Shown here in pieces: positions 7,891 through 18,192 of a stretch of DNA of 64,000 nucleotides; the stretch's first letter is position 1, and each line of letters opens with the position of its first letter. The stretch covers positions 2,148 to 66,147 of the forward strand of contig JAPDJF010000014.1 of NCBI GenBank assembly GCA_029259185.1. Reading direction: 5' to 3'. A model generated the notes under the pieces. The model searched no databases. It saw only the letters and a program-made list of their open reading frames with translations, and had not been told where the DNA came from. The DNA is from Hadesarchaea archaeon (GTDB lineage: Archaea; Hadarchaeota; Hadarchaeia; Hadarchaeales; WYZ-LMO6). The translations under genes and the position numbers were made by a program.

Positions 7891-9339
7891 ATGACCGATG
7901 ACTCAAGTCCCCCTCCAACCCCCTCGGAGAGGACAAAAAACGGGAATGGCGAGAAAAGTGGCATAGAGTACTTTTCCGGAGGTTCTGCGCGGGTTCCAAG
8001 GACTACCCCCGAGGCTTCCGAAGTGGCTCCAGGGGGATATACCTGCCCTGTGTGCGGGAAGAGGTTCGACCGCCTCGACCAACTGCGAGGGCACGCCGGG
8101 CGGGCCCATAGGAAACGCGTTCGGATATCCGAGGACGGCGGCATAACGCTCTTAGAACCCCGGCACGGGGGGAGGGGGGAGCTCGGTGGGTGTATCGGTA
8201 GCAGCGGGGCGCCATCGGATCTCTGGAAGCGCCCGAAGTCGGCAACTGAGGTTTTACGAGAAGTCCTGGAGGATCACGGGCTAAGGCCTGACTTCGTAGA
8301 ATACGCTTCGAAGCGCTCGGAGCGGATGGGAGGGCTGCACCCCAACGAGCTCTGGAGCCTGCTGACCGACATGGACTCGGGGGTCAAAACGAAGGCCCAC
8401 GCGCGCTACGTTGTCGACGACTACTACTTCGCCCTGCAGCAGGAGCAGGCCAAAGCTAGGGAGGCGGGTGCGCGCGCGTCCTACCCCCTGCGGATGGGGG
8501 AGGCCGAACCCTTGCCCTTTTACTCTTCCTTCCATGAGCAAACCCCGTACCCCACCTACGAGGCCCTCCCGGTGAGGAAGCAGCCCTACGAGCCCTACCC
8601 CAGAAGGGATTACGGGAGGGCCCCAACGCGAGAGGAGGTGAGGGAATGGATAACCCAAGCCCTCGAGGAGAAGCGAAAGCGCGACGAGCTCTCGGAACTC
8701 AAGGAGAAGATAGCATCGCTCGAGTCCTCGCTTCGCGCGCAGGCGCCCTCCACCGGCCTGACCCGGGAGGAGCTCCAGCAGGCCCTGGAGGCGCACCGTC
8801 GGGATGAGGAAGCCAGGCTGATGCGCGAGCGCTTGGAGATGGAGCGCGAGCTTCGAAAAGTCGAGCGGGAGGAGCTCCTGAAGCGCGTGGAGGACCTCGC
8901 GAAGCGGGTGGAGGAGGGCCGGAGCGTCCACATCCCCCCTGCCCAATATTCGGACTCCAAGATCCAGTTCGCCGATACCATAGCTAGAGGGCTGATTCCC
9001 GAGCTGGGGAGGCGCATGCCCGTCAAGTGGGTGATCGAGGCCATCCCCACGCTGACCGGGGAGCAGAGGAGCCCCCCGCCCATAGCACCTCCAAGCGGGA
9101 AATACAAGATCGAGGACTTCGTGTCGCCCGAGTACGTGGTGGAGAATTGCCCTAACTGCGGGGCCGAAGTCACCATGAGAGACCACGCGTGCCCGAGGTG
9201 TGGCGTCCCCCTGCCACGACATCCCTCCCCACGCGTAACCGGTGCAGAGCCTATAACCCCCGTTGTCAAGGAATTGCGAGGGGAGGAACGGGTGAAGCTG
9301 GTGAGGAAAGAGGAGGGCCTTTCGAAACACCCGATATGA
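7891..9339 (+). CDS. zinc-finger / coiled-coil protein, unknown function
   Basis: 482 aa. N-terminal C2H2-like finger (YTCPVCGKRFDRLDQLRGHAGRAH). Long charged coiled-coil in the middle (ELSELKEKIASLESSLRAQ...RERLEMERELRKVEREELLKRVEDL). C-terminal zinc ribbon (CPNCGAEV...CPRCG). Confidence 0.5.
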   Translation: MTDDSSPPPTPSERTKNGNGEKSGIEYFSGGSARVPRTTPEASEVAPGGYTCPVCGKRFDRLDQLRGHAGRAHRKRVRISEDGGITLLEPRHGGRGELGGCIGSSGAPSDLWKRPKSATEVLREVLEDHGLRPDFVEYASKRSERMGGLHPNELWSLLTDMDSGVKTKAHARYVVDDYYFALQQEQAKAREAGARASYPLRMGEAEPLPFYSSFHEQTPYPTYEALPVRKQPYEPYPRRDYGRAPTREEVREWITQALEEKRKRDELSELKEKIASLESSLRAQAPSTGLTREELQQALEAHRRDEEARLMRERLEMERELRKVEREELLKRVEDLAKRVEEGRSVHIPPAQYSDSKIQFADTIARGLIPELGRRMPVKWVIEAIPTLTGEQRSPPPIAPPSGKYKIEDFVSPEYVVENCPNCGAEVTMRDHACPRCGVPLPRHPSPRVTGAEPITPVVKELRGEERVKLVRKEEGLSKHPI

Positions 9340-9878
9340 GTACCACTGACACCTGACGAGGCGGATCCTTCCCCTGGCCTTGGCTTCGGATGCGTTTGCA
9401 CTCGAATTGCTCAAGAGCTTAGAATCGTTGAGTCGGCTGGTTTGTAACCCTTGGGGTAATGTCTCCACTCAAAATCGTTCCGTTCGACGGAGGAGTGCTT
9501 ACAATCCCCGCATTCGTATCCTTGCCTTACCCGATACTTGCGCTTGATCTTGCCGGCCCTTTATCACCCGCTCGGACCTGCAATGGGGGCACTTCAAATT
9601 TTCCTCGCATAATCTGTTATAACCTCCGAAATTAAGCGATCGGGAATTCGGAGGGAGCAGGGTGAAAGCGGGTGGTGAGGATCTGGTCGCCCGTACCGCG
9701 GGACTTGACCGAGTTCCAGCTACACACACGGCTCCTTTTCCAACCCCGATCCCGCTGGAGCTGGAGCTCTCCCCCAAGACCAGGGAAGTCTTGGAGAAGG
9801 TCAAAGGCAAGAGAGGGATCCTGACAAAAAGCGAAATCGCCCAGCTTGTGGAGGAGCTGGACTGAGTTTGGTGGCGGG

Positions 9879-10025
9879 ATGGAGCTCAGGCACATCTTGA
9901 TCCTCGGCTTTCTGCTCGTGCTTGCCGGCATGCTGGTGATCGCCTACGGCATGCTGAGAGTGGCCGAGAGGGCGAGGGTCGGGGGAGGGGGCATCGTGGT
10001 TCTATCCTTTCTCCGAGCGTTCTGA
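9879..10025 (+). CDS. small single-pass membrane protein (48 aa)
   Basis: ATG at 9879 and TGA at 10023. The core is hydrophobic (ILILGFLLVLAGMLVIAYGML). The ORF is below the length cut-off of the supplied track. Confidence 0.25.
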   Translation: MELRHILILGFLLVLAGMLVIAYGMLRVAERARVGGGGIVVLSFLRAF

Positions 10026-10685
10026 GATTAGATTTCGGGCCTGTGCCTCATCGGCTTACCTGAACCGCTCCTCCGTGTGGCCGGGGACAGATAGGGGCCC
10101 CGCTGGCTCTACCCAGATCTCGACATCTAGCTACGCCCGTTCAGTTACGTTAATGGTGTATTGGTCACTTGTGGCTGGCCCTAACTGAGCTGTGCCCTCG
10201 AATTTCGCATACACTTCAACCGTGCTGTCTAGTGGATTCATCTTTTTGGCTATCCATCTTATCGAAAAATAGCCACCTCTGTCAGTGCGGCCTGAAGCAA
10301 TTAAATCATCGCCAACAGGATCGTCGTCGTAAATTCTTGTTGTCCCATAATAGAAGGAATCGCGGCGAGATGGCTGTCTATGTCGCTTTACGAAACTGGG
10401 TTCGATAAGCACGAGTTCAAAAATCGCTTCGGCATGGATGTCGACGAGAAATTCAGATCATTTCTGCGCTGGCTCAAACTCTTTGGGATCATAAAAGTCG
10501 AAGGGGACTACGTTCAAGTTACAAGGAAAGGTATGTACCTCATCCATCTGATGACAAAAACATTCTTGCTCACGTTCATAGCCAAAGCGTGCATCGCGTG
10601 CATAGAAAACCTTAAGCCCTTAAACTTGCGGTTGAGCTAACTATTTGCTATCTTTTTGAGTTTTTGTTTAGAGTGAAAAATGTCA

Positions 10686-11147
10686 CTATGCTTTTTTCTT
10701 ACATTCCGGATGTTCACCCGTTTTGATGAAGTGTTTATAATGCTCAAGCCATTCCGGCTTCTTTGGGGCCCTTTGAACGAATTCCACGAGTTTCTTCAAC
10801 CTGTTCATGGTCTTCCGAGTCACGACGTGCTCGATTTTGCATGCATCGATCTCCGCGATCCTCCTATCCATACCCAAAAGCTCAAGAAAACTTACCAAAA
10901 CCATATGTTTACTACTGACTTCCTTTGCAATTCGCATCCCCCGTGGCGTGAGTGAGACGATGCCGTACTTCTTATGTTTCACGAGCCCCTCTTTGCTGAG
11001 TTTTTCCAGCATCTCTGTGACGCTTGGGGGCTTGTGTCCCAAAAAGGAGGCGATATCCGATGTCTTGACTCTATCCTTCTTTTTCGCAATAAAGTATATA
11101 GCTTCCAGATAATCTTCAACGCTTGAGCTAAACTTTTTCTTGTCCAT
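10686..11147 (-). CDS. DtxR/MntR/IdeR-family metal-dependent transcriptional repressor
   Basis: 153 aa. The N-terminus SVEDYLEAIYFIAKKKDRVKTSDIASFLGHKPPSVTEMLEKLSKEGLV is the canonical DtxR HTH and dimerisation region. Adjacent to the feo genes. Confidence 0.85.
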   Translation of the reverse strand: MDKKKFSSSVEDYLEAIYFIAKKKDRVKTSDIASFLGHKPPSVTEMLEKLSKEGLVKHKKYGIVSLTPRGMRIAKEVSSKHMVLVSFLELLGMDRRIAEIDACKIEHVVTRKTMNRLKKLVEFVQRAPKKPEWLEHYKHFIKTGEHPECKKKA

Positions 11148-11155
11148 AACTCGAC

Positions 11156-11377
11156 CTATCTAATTACCTCCACAATTATTTTTTGTGCTATCCCACGACC
11201 CATAGCGATTTGACCCCCATTACTTTCCACGACAACAGGGCCTCTTGAGGACGAAATCATTCGCAGCCAGCTGCCCTCTTTAATTCCTCGGAGCGCTAAC
11301 TTCTGTCTCATGCCGTGTCCTCCGGCTATTTGAACCACAACGCCGATTTCCCCAGGTCTTAAACTCGTCAGCAGCAT
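11156..11377 (-). CDS. feoA: FeoA-like small SH3-domain protein
   Basis: 73 aa. GEIGVVVQI..G......LALRGIKEGSWLRMI matches the FeoA fold signature. Confidence 0.65.
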   Translation of the reverse strand: MLLTSLRPGEIGVVVQIAGGHGMRQKLALRGIKEGSWLRMISSSRGPVVVESNGGQIAMGRGIAQKIIVEVIR

Positions 11378-11496
11378 GTTTGCACTCTTAGTTTTAGACT
11401 TAGTACAAGTACCTTAAAAATGTTTGTTAGGTTAACCGAAAAATTTAAAAGGGATGTGTTTTAATGCTTTAGGAATGCCTAAAAAGGAGTTGACGC

Positions 11497-11724
11497 ATGG
11501 AGAAGAAATTATCAGATATGAAGCCCGGTGAAAAGGGTCGAATAATTGAGATAGACTCGTCGATTCAAGCAAGCATCGCAGGGATGGGTATCAGAATTGG
11601 CGAGGAATTGAAGGTAGCCGCGGAGCAGCCAATCAGAGGCCCTATTGTAATCGTAGTAAAGGGGAGGGAGACATCGCTTGGAAGGGGACTTGCTAAGTCG
11701 ATCCTAGTGGAGTGTGAAGAATGA
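11497..11724 (+). CDS. feoA: FeoA ferrous iron transport protein A
   Basis: 75 aa. Contains KPGEKGRIIEID and LKVAAEQPIRGPIVIVVKGRETSLGRGLAKSILV. Overlaps the feoB start (ATGA). Confidence 0.75.
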   Translation: MEKKLSDMKPGEKGRIIEIDSSIQASIAGMGIRIGEELKVAAEQPIRGPIVIVVKGRETSLGRGLAKSILVECEE

Positions 11725-13490
11725 AAAAAATCCTCCTTGCGGGCAACCCGAACGTGGGGAAAAGCGTTATGTTCAACAGGCTATCTGGGGCGCGAGCGAC
11801 GGTTTCGAACTACCCGGGGACCACCGTTGACTTCACCAAGAGCTGGATGCGGATAGCCGGAGAAGAATTCGAGATAATAGACCTTCCAGGCGCTTTCTCC
11901 CTTGAGCCGAAGGACAAAGCCGAAGAAGTTGCACGGGATATGCTGGAGAAGGAAAAGGCAGACGTAGTAGTGAGCGTGATAGATGCGACCACCATAGAGC
12001 GAGGACTGTACCTGACCCTAGAGATGATCGAGAAGGGCTATCCGGTTATGGTCGCGCTCAACATGTCCGATGTAGCTAGGGACAAGAAAGTGAAAATAGA
12101 TACCAAAAGACTTGAGGAAATCTTAGGAGTCCCCGTCGTGGAGACCGTGGCGACGACCGGCAGTGGCCTCAAGGAGCTTGTTTCGAGGATAGGTGAGGCA
12201 AAGTCGGTGGATGTGGGGGCTATTAAACGGAGAGCGAGGGGGGTAAGAAGAAAAAATGTCGCCAGGAAATCGCTTAGCGTTGATGAGCGTTGGGAGCTTA
12301 TCGACAGAATCTCCAAACAGGTAGTTTTTCGTGGGAAGTATAAACACACCTTAAAGGACGTCATCTCGGACCTGAGCGTTAGACCTGCGACCGGCATACC
12401 CCTTGCAATCGCCGTCCTATTCGGATTTTGGGCGTTTTTCGGTGCGTTCGCCGGATTTTTCACGGATGGGTTTGCCGTCCCAGCGTTTGACGAGCACTTC
12501 TTGCCTTGGATACAAGGTGCTTGGCCGGCCGAAGGCAGTATTCACTACGCGATTTTCGTAGGCGATCCTGAAGCGGCTTGCTGTTTCGAAGCTTTTGGGG
12601 TCCTGACCAGCGGTTTGTTCGTCGCGTTTGGAGTCGTTTTGCCTGCAATAGCCGCATTTTACTTGATTTTGACGATACTCGAAGACACTGGATATCTGCC
12701 GAGGCTAGCCGTTTTAGTAGATGCCGTTTTCCATAAGATCGGGCTCCACGGGTTTGCGATAGTCCCCACAATTCTCTCGCTGGGGTGCAACGTTCCGGCC
12801 GTGACCGCGACACGTGTCTTGGAGACGAGGAAACAGAGGTTTATGATGATGGCTTTACTGGCGGTATTTATCCCATGTGGAGCTCAGATCGGCATAATGC
12901 AGGAACTCATACCAGCGTACGCCGGGTTGATCCTTATCTACCTCTTCTTCGGGTACTTCGTCACGGGGGCGGTGATAGACAAATTAACCCCTGGCCGGTC
13001 TCCTGAGATCCTCATCGATGTTCCCCCCTACCGTTCGCCGACCATGAAAAATGTGAGAACAAAAACGTGGAGTCGCGTCGCGCAATTTATTAAAATAGCT
13101 GTTCCTTTTGTCCTCGGCGGTATCGTAGTTGTAAACCTACTTTATTGGGTCGGCGTGATGGACTGGTTGGAGGACGTGACGGCGCCGGTATTTCTCACGT
13201 GGTTTGGAGTTCCCTCCGTGACAGTTGGAGCCTTGGTCATGGCTTTCATGAGGAAGGATATGGCCGTCGGCATGCTCGGTGGGATGTCCGCTGCTGGTTT
13301 GTTAACCACCGGTCAACTGATCACTTCGGTTGTACTCGTGTCTATATACTTCCCGTGTTTGGCGACCTTCATAATGATTCTGAAAGAGGGAGGGATTAGA
13401 GATCTCCTGAAGTCCCTAGTCGTCCTAGTGGCTTCGTTCTTCATCTTCGGCGGATTGATGCACGCTATAGTTACCTTGGCAGGTGTCTAA
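11721..13490 (+). CDS. feoB: FeoB ferrous iron transporter (N-terminal GTPase plus membrane domain)
   Basis: 589 aa. G1 motif GNPNVGKS, G3 DLPG and G4 NMSD. The C-terminal domain is polytopic with Gate motifs. Confidence 0.9.
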   Translation: MKKILLAGNPNVGKSVMFNRLSGARATVSNYPGTTVDFTKSWMRIAGEEFEIIDLPGAFSLEPKDKAEEVARDMLEKEKADVVVSVIDATTIERGLYLTLEMIEKGYPVMVALNMSDVARDKKVKIDTKRLEEILGVPVVETVATTGSGLKELVSRIGEAKSVDVGAIKRRARGVRRKNVARKSLSVDERWELIDRISKQVVFRGKYKHTLKDVISDLSVRPATGIPLAIAVLFGFWAFFGAFAGFFTDGFAVPAFDEHFLPWIQGAWPAEGSIHYAIFVGDPEAACCFEAFGVLTSGLFVAFGVVLPAIAAFYLILTILEDTGYLPRLAVLVDAVFHKIGLHGFAIVPTILSLGCNVPAVTATRVLETRKQRFMMMALLAVFIPCGAQIGIMQELIPAYAGLILIYLFFGYFVTGAVIDKLTPGRSPEILIDVPPYRSPTMKNVRTKTWSRVAQFIKIAVPFVLGGIVVVNLLYWVGVMDWLEDVTAPVFLTWFGVPSVTVGALVMAFMRKDMAVGMLGGMSAAGLLTTGQLITSVVLVSIYFPCLATFIMILKEGGIRDLLKSLVVLVASFFIFGGLMHAIVTLAGV

Positions 13491-13935
13491 TGTGATGAAG
13501 TATAAGCTCGGCTCCGTGTACTTCGCAATCTTGGGCGCGATAACATTAGTGTTCGGCGCATGGGAGTTTGGTGCCACGCTTGGCGCACCCGTAACGACGG
13601 AAATTGGGTGGCTTGAGATACCCGCTGGAACGTGGGAGGAGGTGTGGCGGGGGGTCGTCATCTTCCTCGCCGGGGCGCTCATCGTAGTGGGGGCCTTCAA
13701 GCTCCGGGACATCCACGGGCTCGGCAAAGCTGTTTTGGGCTCGATCATGCTTTGGATAGTTGCCGGATGCGACATATTTGGGAGGATACTGGACTCGATC
13801 GCGAGCAATGAGGCTACATGGATCAACTCCTTGGATGAGTTCTTAGCGACTTACGGCCCTCCCTATAACCCAGCACTGTGGTTGCTCCCGTTCTCGCTGG
13901 TGATTATTTACTTCATCCACGCTAGGAGGGAATGA
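13483..13935 (+). CDS. hypothetical membrane protein (feo-linked)
   Basis: 150 aa with 4 predicted TM segments. Overlaps the feoB stop, which suggests the same transcript. Confidence 0.45.
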   Translation: MSNVMKYKLGSVYFAILGAITLVFGAWEFGATLGAPVTTEIGWLEIPAGTWEEVWRGVVIFLAGALIVVGAFKLRDIHGLGKAVLGSIMLWIVAGCDIFGRILDSIASNEATWINSLDEFLATYGPPYNPALWLLPFSLVIIYFIHARRE

Positions 13936-13938
13936 AAA

Positions 13939-14736
13939 ATGAAACTCGTTGGCAAAGCATTCGTGGCTGTTCTGGTTTTATTTGGTCTACTTGCGGTGGT
14001 GGCGGTGATAACGGGGGCGGAGGCTCCAGAGGAAGCCGAGTTTGAGCTGGAGGACATCATGATAGAGGACGACGGGAAAGAGGTTGCTATATCTCTAGAT
14101 GACGTGAGCGAGTACGTAATGGGGAAGATTGAGGATAAAATAGGTAGCTATCCTCAGGGGGAGATGTTCTTCTCGTGTGCGTACAGGGCGGCATTGCTAG
14201 GTATATCCGAGGTATGGAGCGGTGAGGTACCCTCCAGAGACGACATCAGAATCGTCAGCTCGCTCCCGGAACCGGGCTCTGCTCTCTGCTTCCAATATAT
14301 AACAGGAACGGGCCCGTCGATGGAGGATTTGAGGACGGAGGAGGGAGAGTTCAAGATAGTCCTGATAGATGGGACTGAGGTAGAAGATATGTCGATAGAG
14401 CATCTCTACGAACTTTCCGAAGACATAATTGCAGGGGATTGGAAATTTGAGATATCCCGCATCTCCACCGGTGAGACTTTTGAAGCTGTGGTCAAGGAGG
14501 ATGTGTTCCCGGAGGACTTCTTTGAGCTGCACAAAAAGGTGGGTTTCGACCGAACGGCGTCAAAGAAAGATGAGGAGGTATTCACGTGGAGGTGGACGGA
14601 AATTAGGGACAGATTTCAAGGAAGCGAGGATTATGAGCTTTTCGAGGGTATGGAGGAGCCTTCCCCAAGTTCATTTGTTGTCGCTACCTTGATAGCGATA
14701 ATTATAGTAATCAGCGCCATGGCGGTAAAAATATAG
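13939..14736 (+). CDS. hypothetical exported/membrane-anchored acidic protein
   Basis: 265 aa. N-terminal signal/TM helix and C-terminal TM helix with an acidic central domain. Confidence 0.45.
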   Translation: MKLVGKAFVAVLVLFGLLAVVAVITGAEAPEEAEFELEDIMIEDDGKEVAISLDDVSEYVMGKIEDKIGSYPQGEMFFSCAYRAALLGISEVWSGEVPSRDDIRIVSSLPEPGSALCFQYITGTGPSMEDLRTEEGEFKIVLIDGTEVEDMSIEHLYELSEDIIAGDWKFEISRISTGETFEAVVKEDVFPEDFFELHKKVGFDRTASKKDEEVFTWRWTEIRDRFQGSEDYELFEGMEEPSPSSFVVATLIAIIIVISAMAVKI

Positions 14737-14749
14737 GTCAGGGAAAGCA

Positions 14750-15010
14750 ATGTTGAAGGACGTTTTGCGGAAAATGCGGGAAGGCGGCACCGACATCAAC
14801 TCGATAGCGAGAGATCTGGATATCGAGCGGGGCACTTTTGAGGCTATCCTCAAGATGGCGGTCAGGGAAGGATATGTGGAAAAAGCGAGCGCCGCCTCTG
14901 GTTGTGGCGGGTGTCCGCTGAGCAGCAGATGTGGGGCGAAACCCTCTCAATACGATGAGATGAAGATATATGTCTTAACCTCAAAAGGGGAAAAATACGC
15001 CAGTTCCTGA
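14750..15010 (+). CDS. feoC: FeoC-like winged-helix protein with Cys cluster
   Basis: 86 aa. The wHTH region (INSIARDLDIERGTFEAILKMAVREGYV) is followed by CGGCPLSSRC. It sits at the end of the feoAB cluster, as FeoC does. Confidence 0.45.
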   Translation: MLKDVLRKMREGGTDINSIARDLDIERGTFEAILKMAVREGYVEKASAASGCGGCPLSSRCGAKPSQYDEMKIYVLTSKGEKYASS

Positions 15011-15121
15011 TCTAGACTTTCTTGGGACTACTCTGAATTTTCGGGGGAAGCTCGCGCATAAGGGAAGGACTAAACTGGAGAGAGATCTGGGAGAGAAAAT
15101 ACGAAGAGAGGGCGGGAAAAG

Positions 15122-15694
15122 GTGTCAAGGGGAAACTTGGGCCGGGATATTGGGATAAGGTGGCAGAAGACTACTCCCAGCGGGCCAAGTTCAATGACTA
15201 TGATACGGGAGAAAAACGATAGAAGCGATAAAGGAAATAAAGATCCAAGTTTTGAAGTTTTAGACATCGGGGCGGGGCCTGGGACCCTCACGATACCTTT
15301 TGCGAGAGTGGTGAGGAAAGTAACTGCCATCGAGCCCTCAAGGGAAATGACCAAGTATTTGATGAAAAATGCCGAGGAAGAAGGAATCAAGAATATTGAG
15401 ATAATCGACAGAAGTTGGCTGGAGGTCGACGATTCCGAGATCAGCAAGAAGTTCGATGTCGTCGCCTGCTCTCACCTTCTCTGGCAGTTCAGGGATGTCG
15501 GTAGGCAACTCAAGTGGATGGAGGGCGCCTCGAAGGGATATTGCTGTGTGGTTCATCACGCCGACGGAAGGGACCCGATAGTCAAGAATCTGTGGCTCAA
15601 GGTGGTAGGGAGAGAGTATCGCGGGGAGCTGGATCCGGACCGAGATGATCTTGTCTTCTTCGCCCTGCGCGAGAGGGGTACTCGTGAATGTTAG
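15122..15694 (+). CDS. class I SAM-dependent methyltransferase
   Basis: 190 aa. Motif I is VLDIGAGPGTLTIPFA and the acidic post-I residue is in IEPS. Confidence 0.7.
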   Translation: MSRGNLGRDIGIRWQKTTPSGPSSMTMIREKNDRSDKGNKDPSFEVLDIGAGPGTLTIPFARVVRKVTAIEPSREMTKYLMKNAEEEGIKNIEIIDRSWLEVDDSEISKKFDVVACSHLLWQFRDVGRQLKWMEGASKGYCCVVHHADGRDPIVKNLWLKVVGREYRGELDPDRDDLVFFALRERGTREC

Positions 15695-15992
15695 GAAGCT
15701 TGTTGAACTGCTTTACGAAGAGGGGCTGAGCTACAAGGAGATTGCCAGACGGCTGAGGATGAGCCTGAGAGACGTCACACTAATTTTGAAGCGGGGAGGC
15801 GAGCTTGACGAATTAAAAGGATGGATAGGGAGGCTAGAAGTAGAGCTGAGAGAGCTCCAAGACGCAGCAACAGCCCAAATAAACCTACTCGATGCCCGCC
15901 TAAAAAAGCTGGAGACGATAGCAGAGCTGATCACAAAAGGGGAGACCGAACTAGCCAAGTTGCTTGCTGAGAGCACGGAGATAGTTTACTAA
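15645..15992 (+). CDS. HTH plus coiled-coil protein
   Basis: HTH segment LSYKEIARRLRMSLRDVTLILKRG is followed by heptad repeats. The true start is uncertain because the 5' end overlaps the methyltransferase gene. Confidence 0.3.
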   Translation: MILSSSPCARGVLVNVRKLVELLYEEGLSYKEIARRLRMSLRDVTLILKRGGELDELKGWIGRLEVELRELQDAATAQINLLDARLKKLETIAELITKGETELAKLLAESTEIVY

Positions 15993-16088
15993 AAACGGAT
16001 CTGATTCACGACAGCATAAAAGAAGGATCAAAAGCCTAAGACGGTTAAAAATAAATTTAGCGCTTTTCTACTGATCAAAAGGGAAAAA

Positions 16089-16841
16089 ATGGAGAAGAGA
16101 GGAGAAAGTAAAGCTCTCCGGGCAATAGACTGGGTAATACTGATAGTTTCTGTGATCGTTATAGTGGGTAGCACAGTTGGCATGTATAATAGGAGAAGAA
16201 GCGATAACTCCCGCTCAAGCCACAGTTACGACATCGGAGCCCGTAGATCACGAAGGAAGAACATCCATCAAGGTGACCATCGAAGGAGAGCAGTCGGGTT
16301 ACGAAATACGCCTTACAGGTCCTGACGGAACGGAAATCGACTATGAGTATGTTTTGGAAAGTCAAATGGCCGACGGTATAGAGGCCGTTTGGATTTCCAT
16401 GACTGGATATAGAGATTATGTTTCAGCCGACCCCGGAAAATACAGCCTGTTAGTCACAGATTGGCGGGGAAACCTAGTTTATCAAGAAAATTTTGTGGTT
16501 TCAGGGGCCGACCTAAAAGCTAGGGAGGCCATATTTCTAACTTGTGAGGAGGAATATTCCTTTTTATGGAAATGCACGGTAATTATACCTGTTTCGAACA
16601 ATGGAGACCTTCCCGATATGTGACGGAAGTAGAAGTATCCATAAATGGAATACAGAAAACAACTTGGACGAGACAGGTGATCCCAGCGGGGGAAAACAAG
16701 GGAGTATTAGCAGAGGTGCCCCTCTCTTCATCAGAATATATGTCCCTCCTTTTACAAGAACCTAGAACCTACAGATTTGTGCTTAAAGATGACGAAGGGA
16801 AAATCGTAGCAATCTGTACCGAAGTGATGACCTTTTCTTGA
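16089..16841 (+). pseudogene. membrane-anchored secreted protein split over three frames (possible frameshifts)
   Basis: The TM anchor (16089 frame) is not followed by a domain in frame. The 148-aa continuation starts in the +1 frame at 16177 and switches again at 16566. Confidence 0.3.
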
Positions 16842-17678
16842 ACTTTTTATCAAGACCCTAAGCCTCCCACAAAACTACAACGAAGGGGGGGAGGATCTTC
16901 GTTTATCCCGAGTTCGACAGGGGAGTAGAGAATAACCCTATCACCAACCGTACGAACAACCCACCGGACAAGGGTTTTTCCATCCAAATCAACCTGGAAA
17001 GTTTGAGTTGTGCAAGGCTTGGCTATCAAGTCGGCCCAAGCAGGTCAGTGAATTCTGGCTAGGCTTTAAACATCAGCCTTATTAAATGGATCAGTAGCGT
17101 GAGGAGGAGGTAAAAAACGAATGAACGCGAAAAGGGACCAGCAAGGCCCTTCTCGCGCTCGGTTAGCCTCGTGCTCACAACCATATACTTGGGCTCATGT
17201 CTACAAACTTGGTTCCAAGTTTACAACAAGCTTAATCCGTAAACATTAGATAGGGATCCCCTAGAAAAGGGCCGTGCCTAGTAGCTGGTTAGGGGAAAGG
17301 GTTGAGTCCTAGGAACTTCCTGAGAATCCCGTTAGGAAAGCCCCGTAGGAAGCCCTAAGGGAAGGTTATAGGTTTCGTCTATAGGGAAAGCCGTGGGGGA
17401 CCCGTAGGAGGGTTCTCGAGGATCACCCCCTAGTTTTTCAGGGTTCCTAGGGTTGCTGGAAAAGAGTCAGCCCCTGGAGTGCACAAGTTGTGCACAAGGC
17501 TGTGGAGTAGGTGTGGACTCTAAGTGGAATTTGCCCAACATAATGATGTCCAGGGATGTGGAGAAGTGGAAACAGGTCAAAGTCGAGGAAAAGACTACCT
17601 CTCTCCCCTGCACCACAGGAGCAGTTTGAGATGTCCCCCTTATCCCTTTTTATTTTGCCTGCCGTCAAGTGATTATGT

Positions 17679-18152
17679 ATGACTGAGAGACCTGTACCCT
17701 CAAAAAGTGAAGAGGAGCGACGCAAGGAGGTGGAGAAACTGAAAGCGGAAACTGAGCGGAGCCTCGAAGTGGTTAAAGAGAAGTTGGCCCACGGTTTGAT
17801 CGAATCCGTCACGAAACAGCGGAAACTGTCCTCGATCTTTTCCCTACTAGCACGTATAGAGACCTATCGAAAAAGGACGTTGGGACTCCTTGAAACCCTT
17901 ATTCCTTCTGGAAAAGAAGATTTGTCCCTCTCCTCCGTAGAGATAAAACTCGTGCGGGCAACGATGAGGGAGTATGAATCGATACGCGAGGACTTCAAAG
18001 AAGTCATGGAGATGAGCGATGAGAGGCTCGAAAAGCTATTCCCTAAAGTAGCAACGTACTTTGAGAACCGATTCCAGGCCGGCACCATTTTGATCAACAT
18101 GAGATGGCAAATAGAGCAAATGTTGGCGTATTCCCTCCGAATGATTGTGTAG
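17679..18152 (+). CDS. hypothetical coiled-coil protein
   Basis: 157 aa, Glu/Lys/Arg-rich and helical. Confidence 0.4.
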   Translation: MTERPVPSKSEEERRKEVEKLKAETERSLEVVKEKLAHGLIESVTKQRKLSSIFSLLARIETYRKRTLGLLETLIPSGKEDLSLSSVEIKLVRATMREYESIREDFKEVMEMSDERLEKLFPKVATYFENRFQAGTILINMRWQIEQMLAYSLRMIV

Positions 18153-18192
18153 CGAGCGAAGGGCTTGTCGCCGAGTTAGGTAGGGAGATTGA

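Noticed and set aside
8281-9468. 395-aa and 263-aa minus-strand ORFs antisense to the 7891-9339 zinc-finger gene
   Set aside because: They are Arg/Gly/Pro/Leu-rich low-complexity translations, typical of the antisense frame of a GC-rich gene. The sense ORF has Zn-finger motifs and a coiled-coil.
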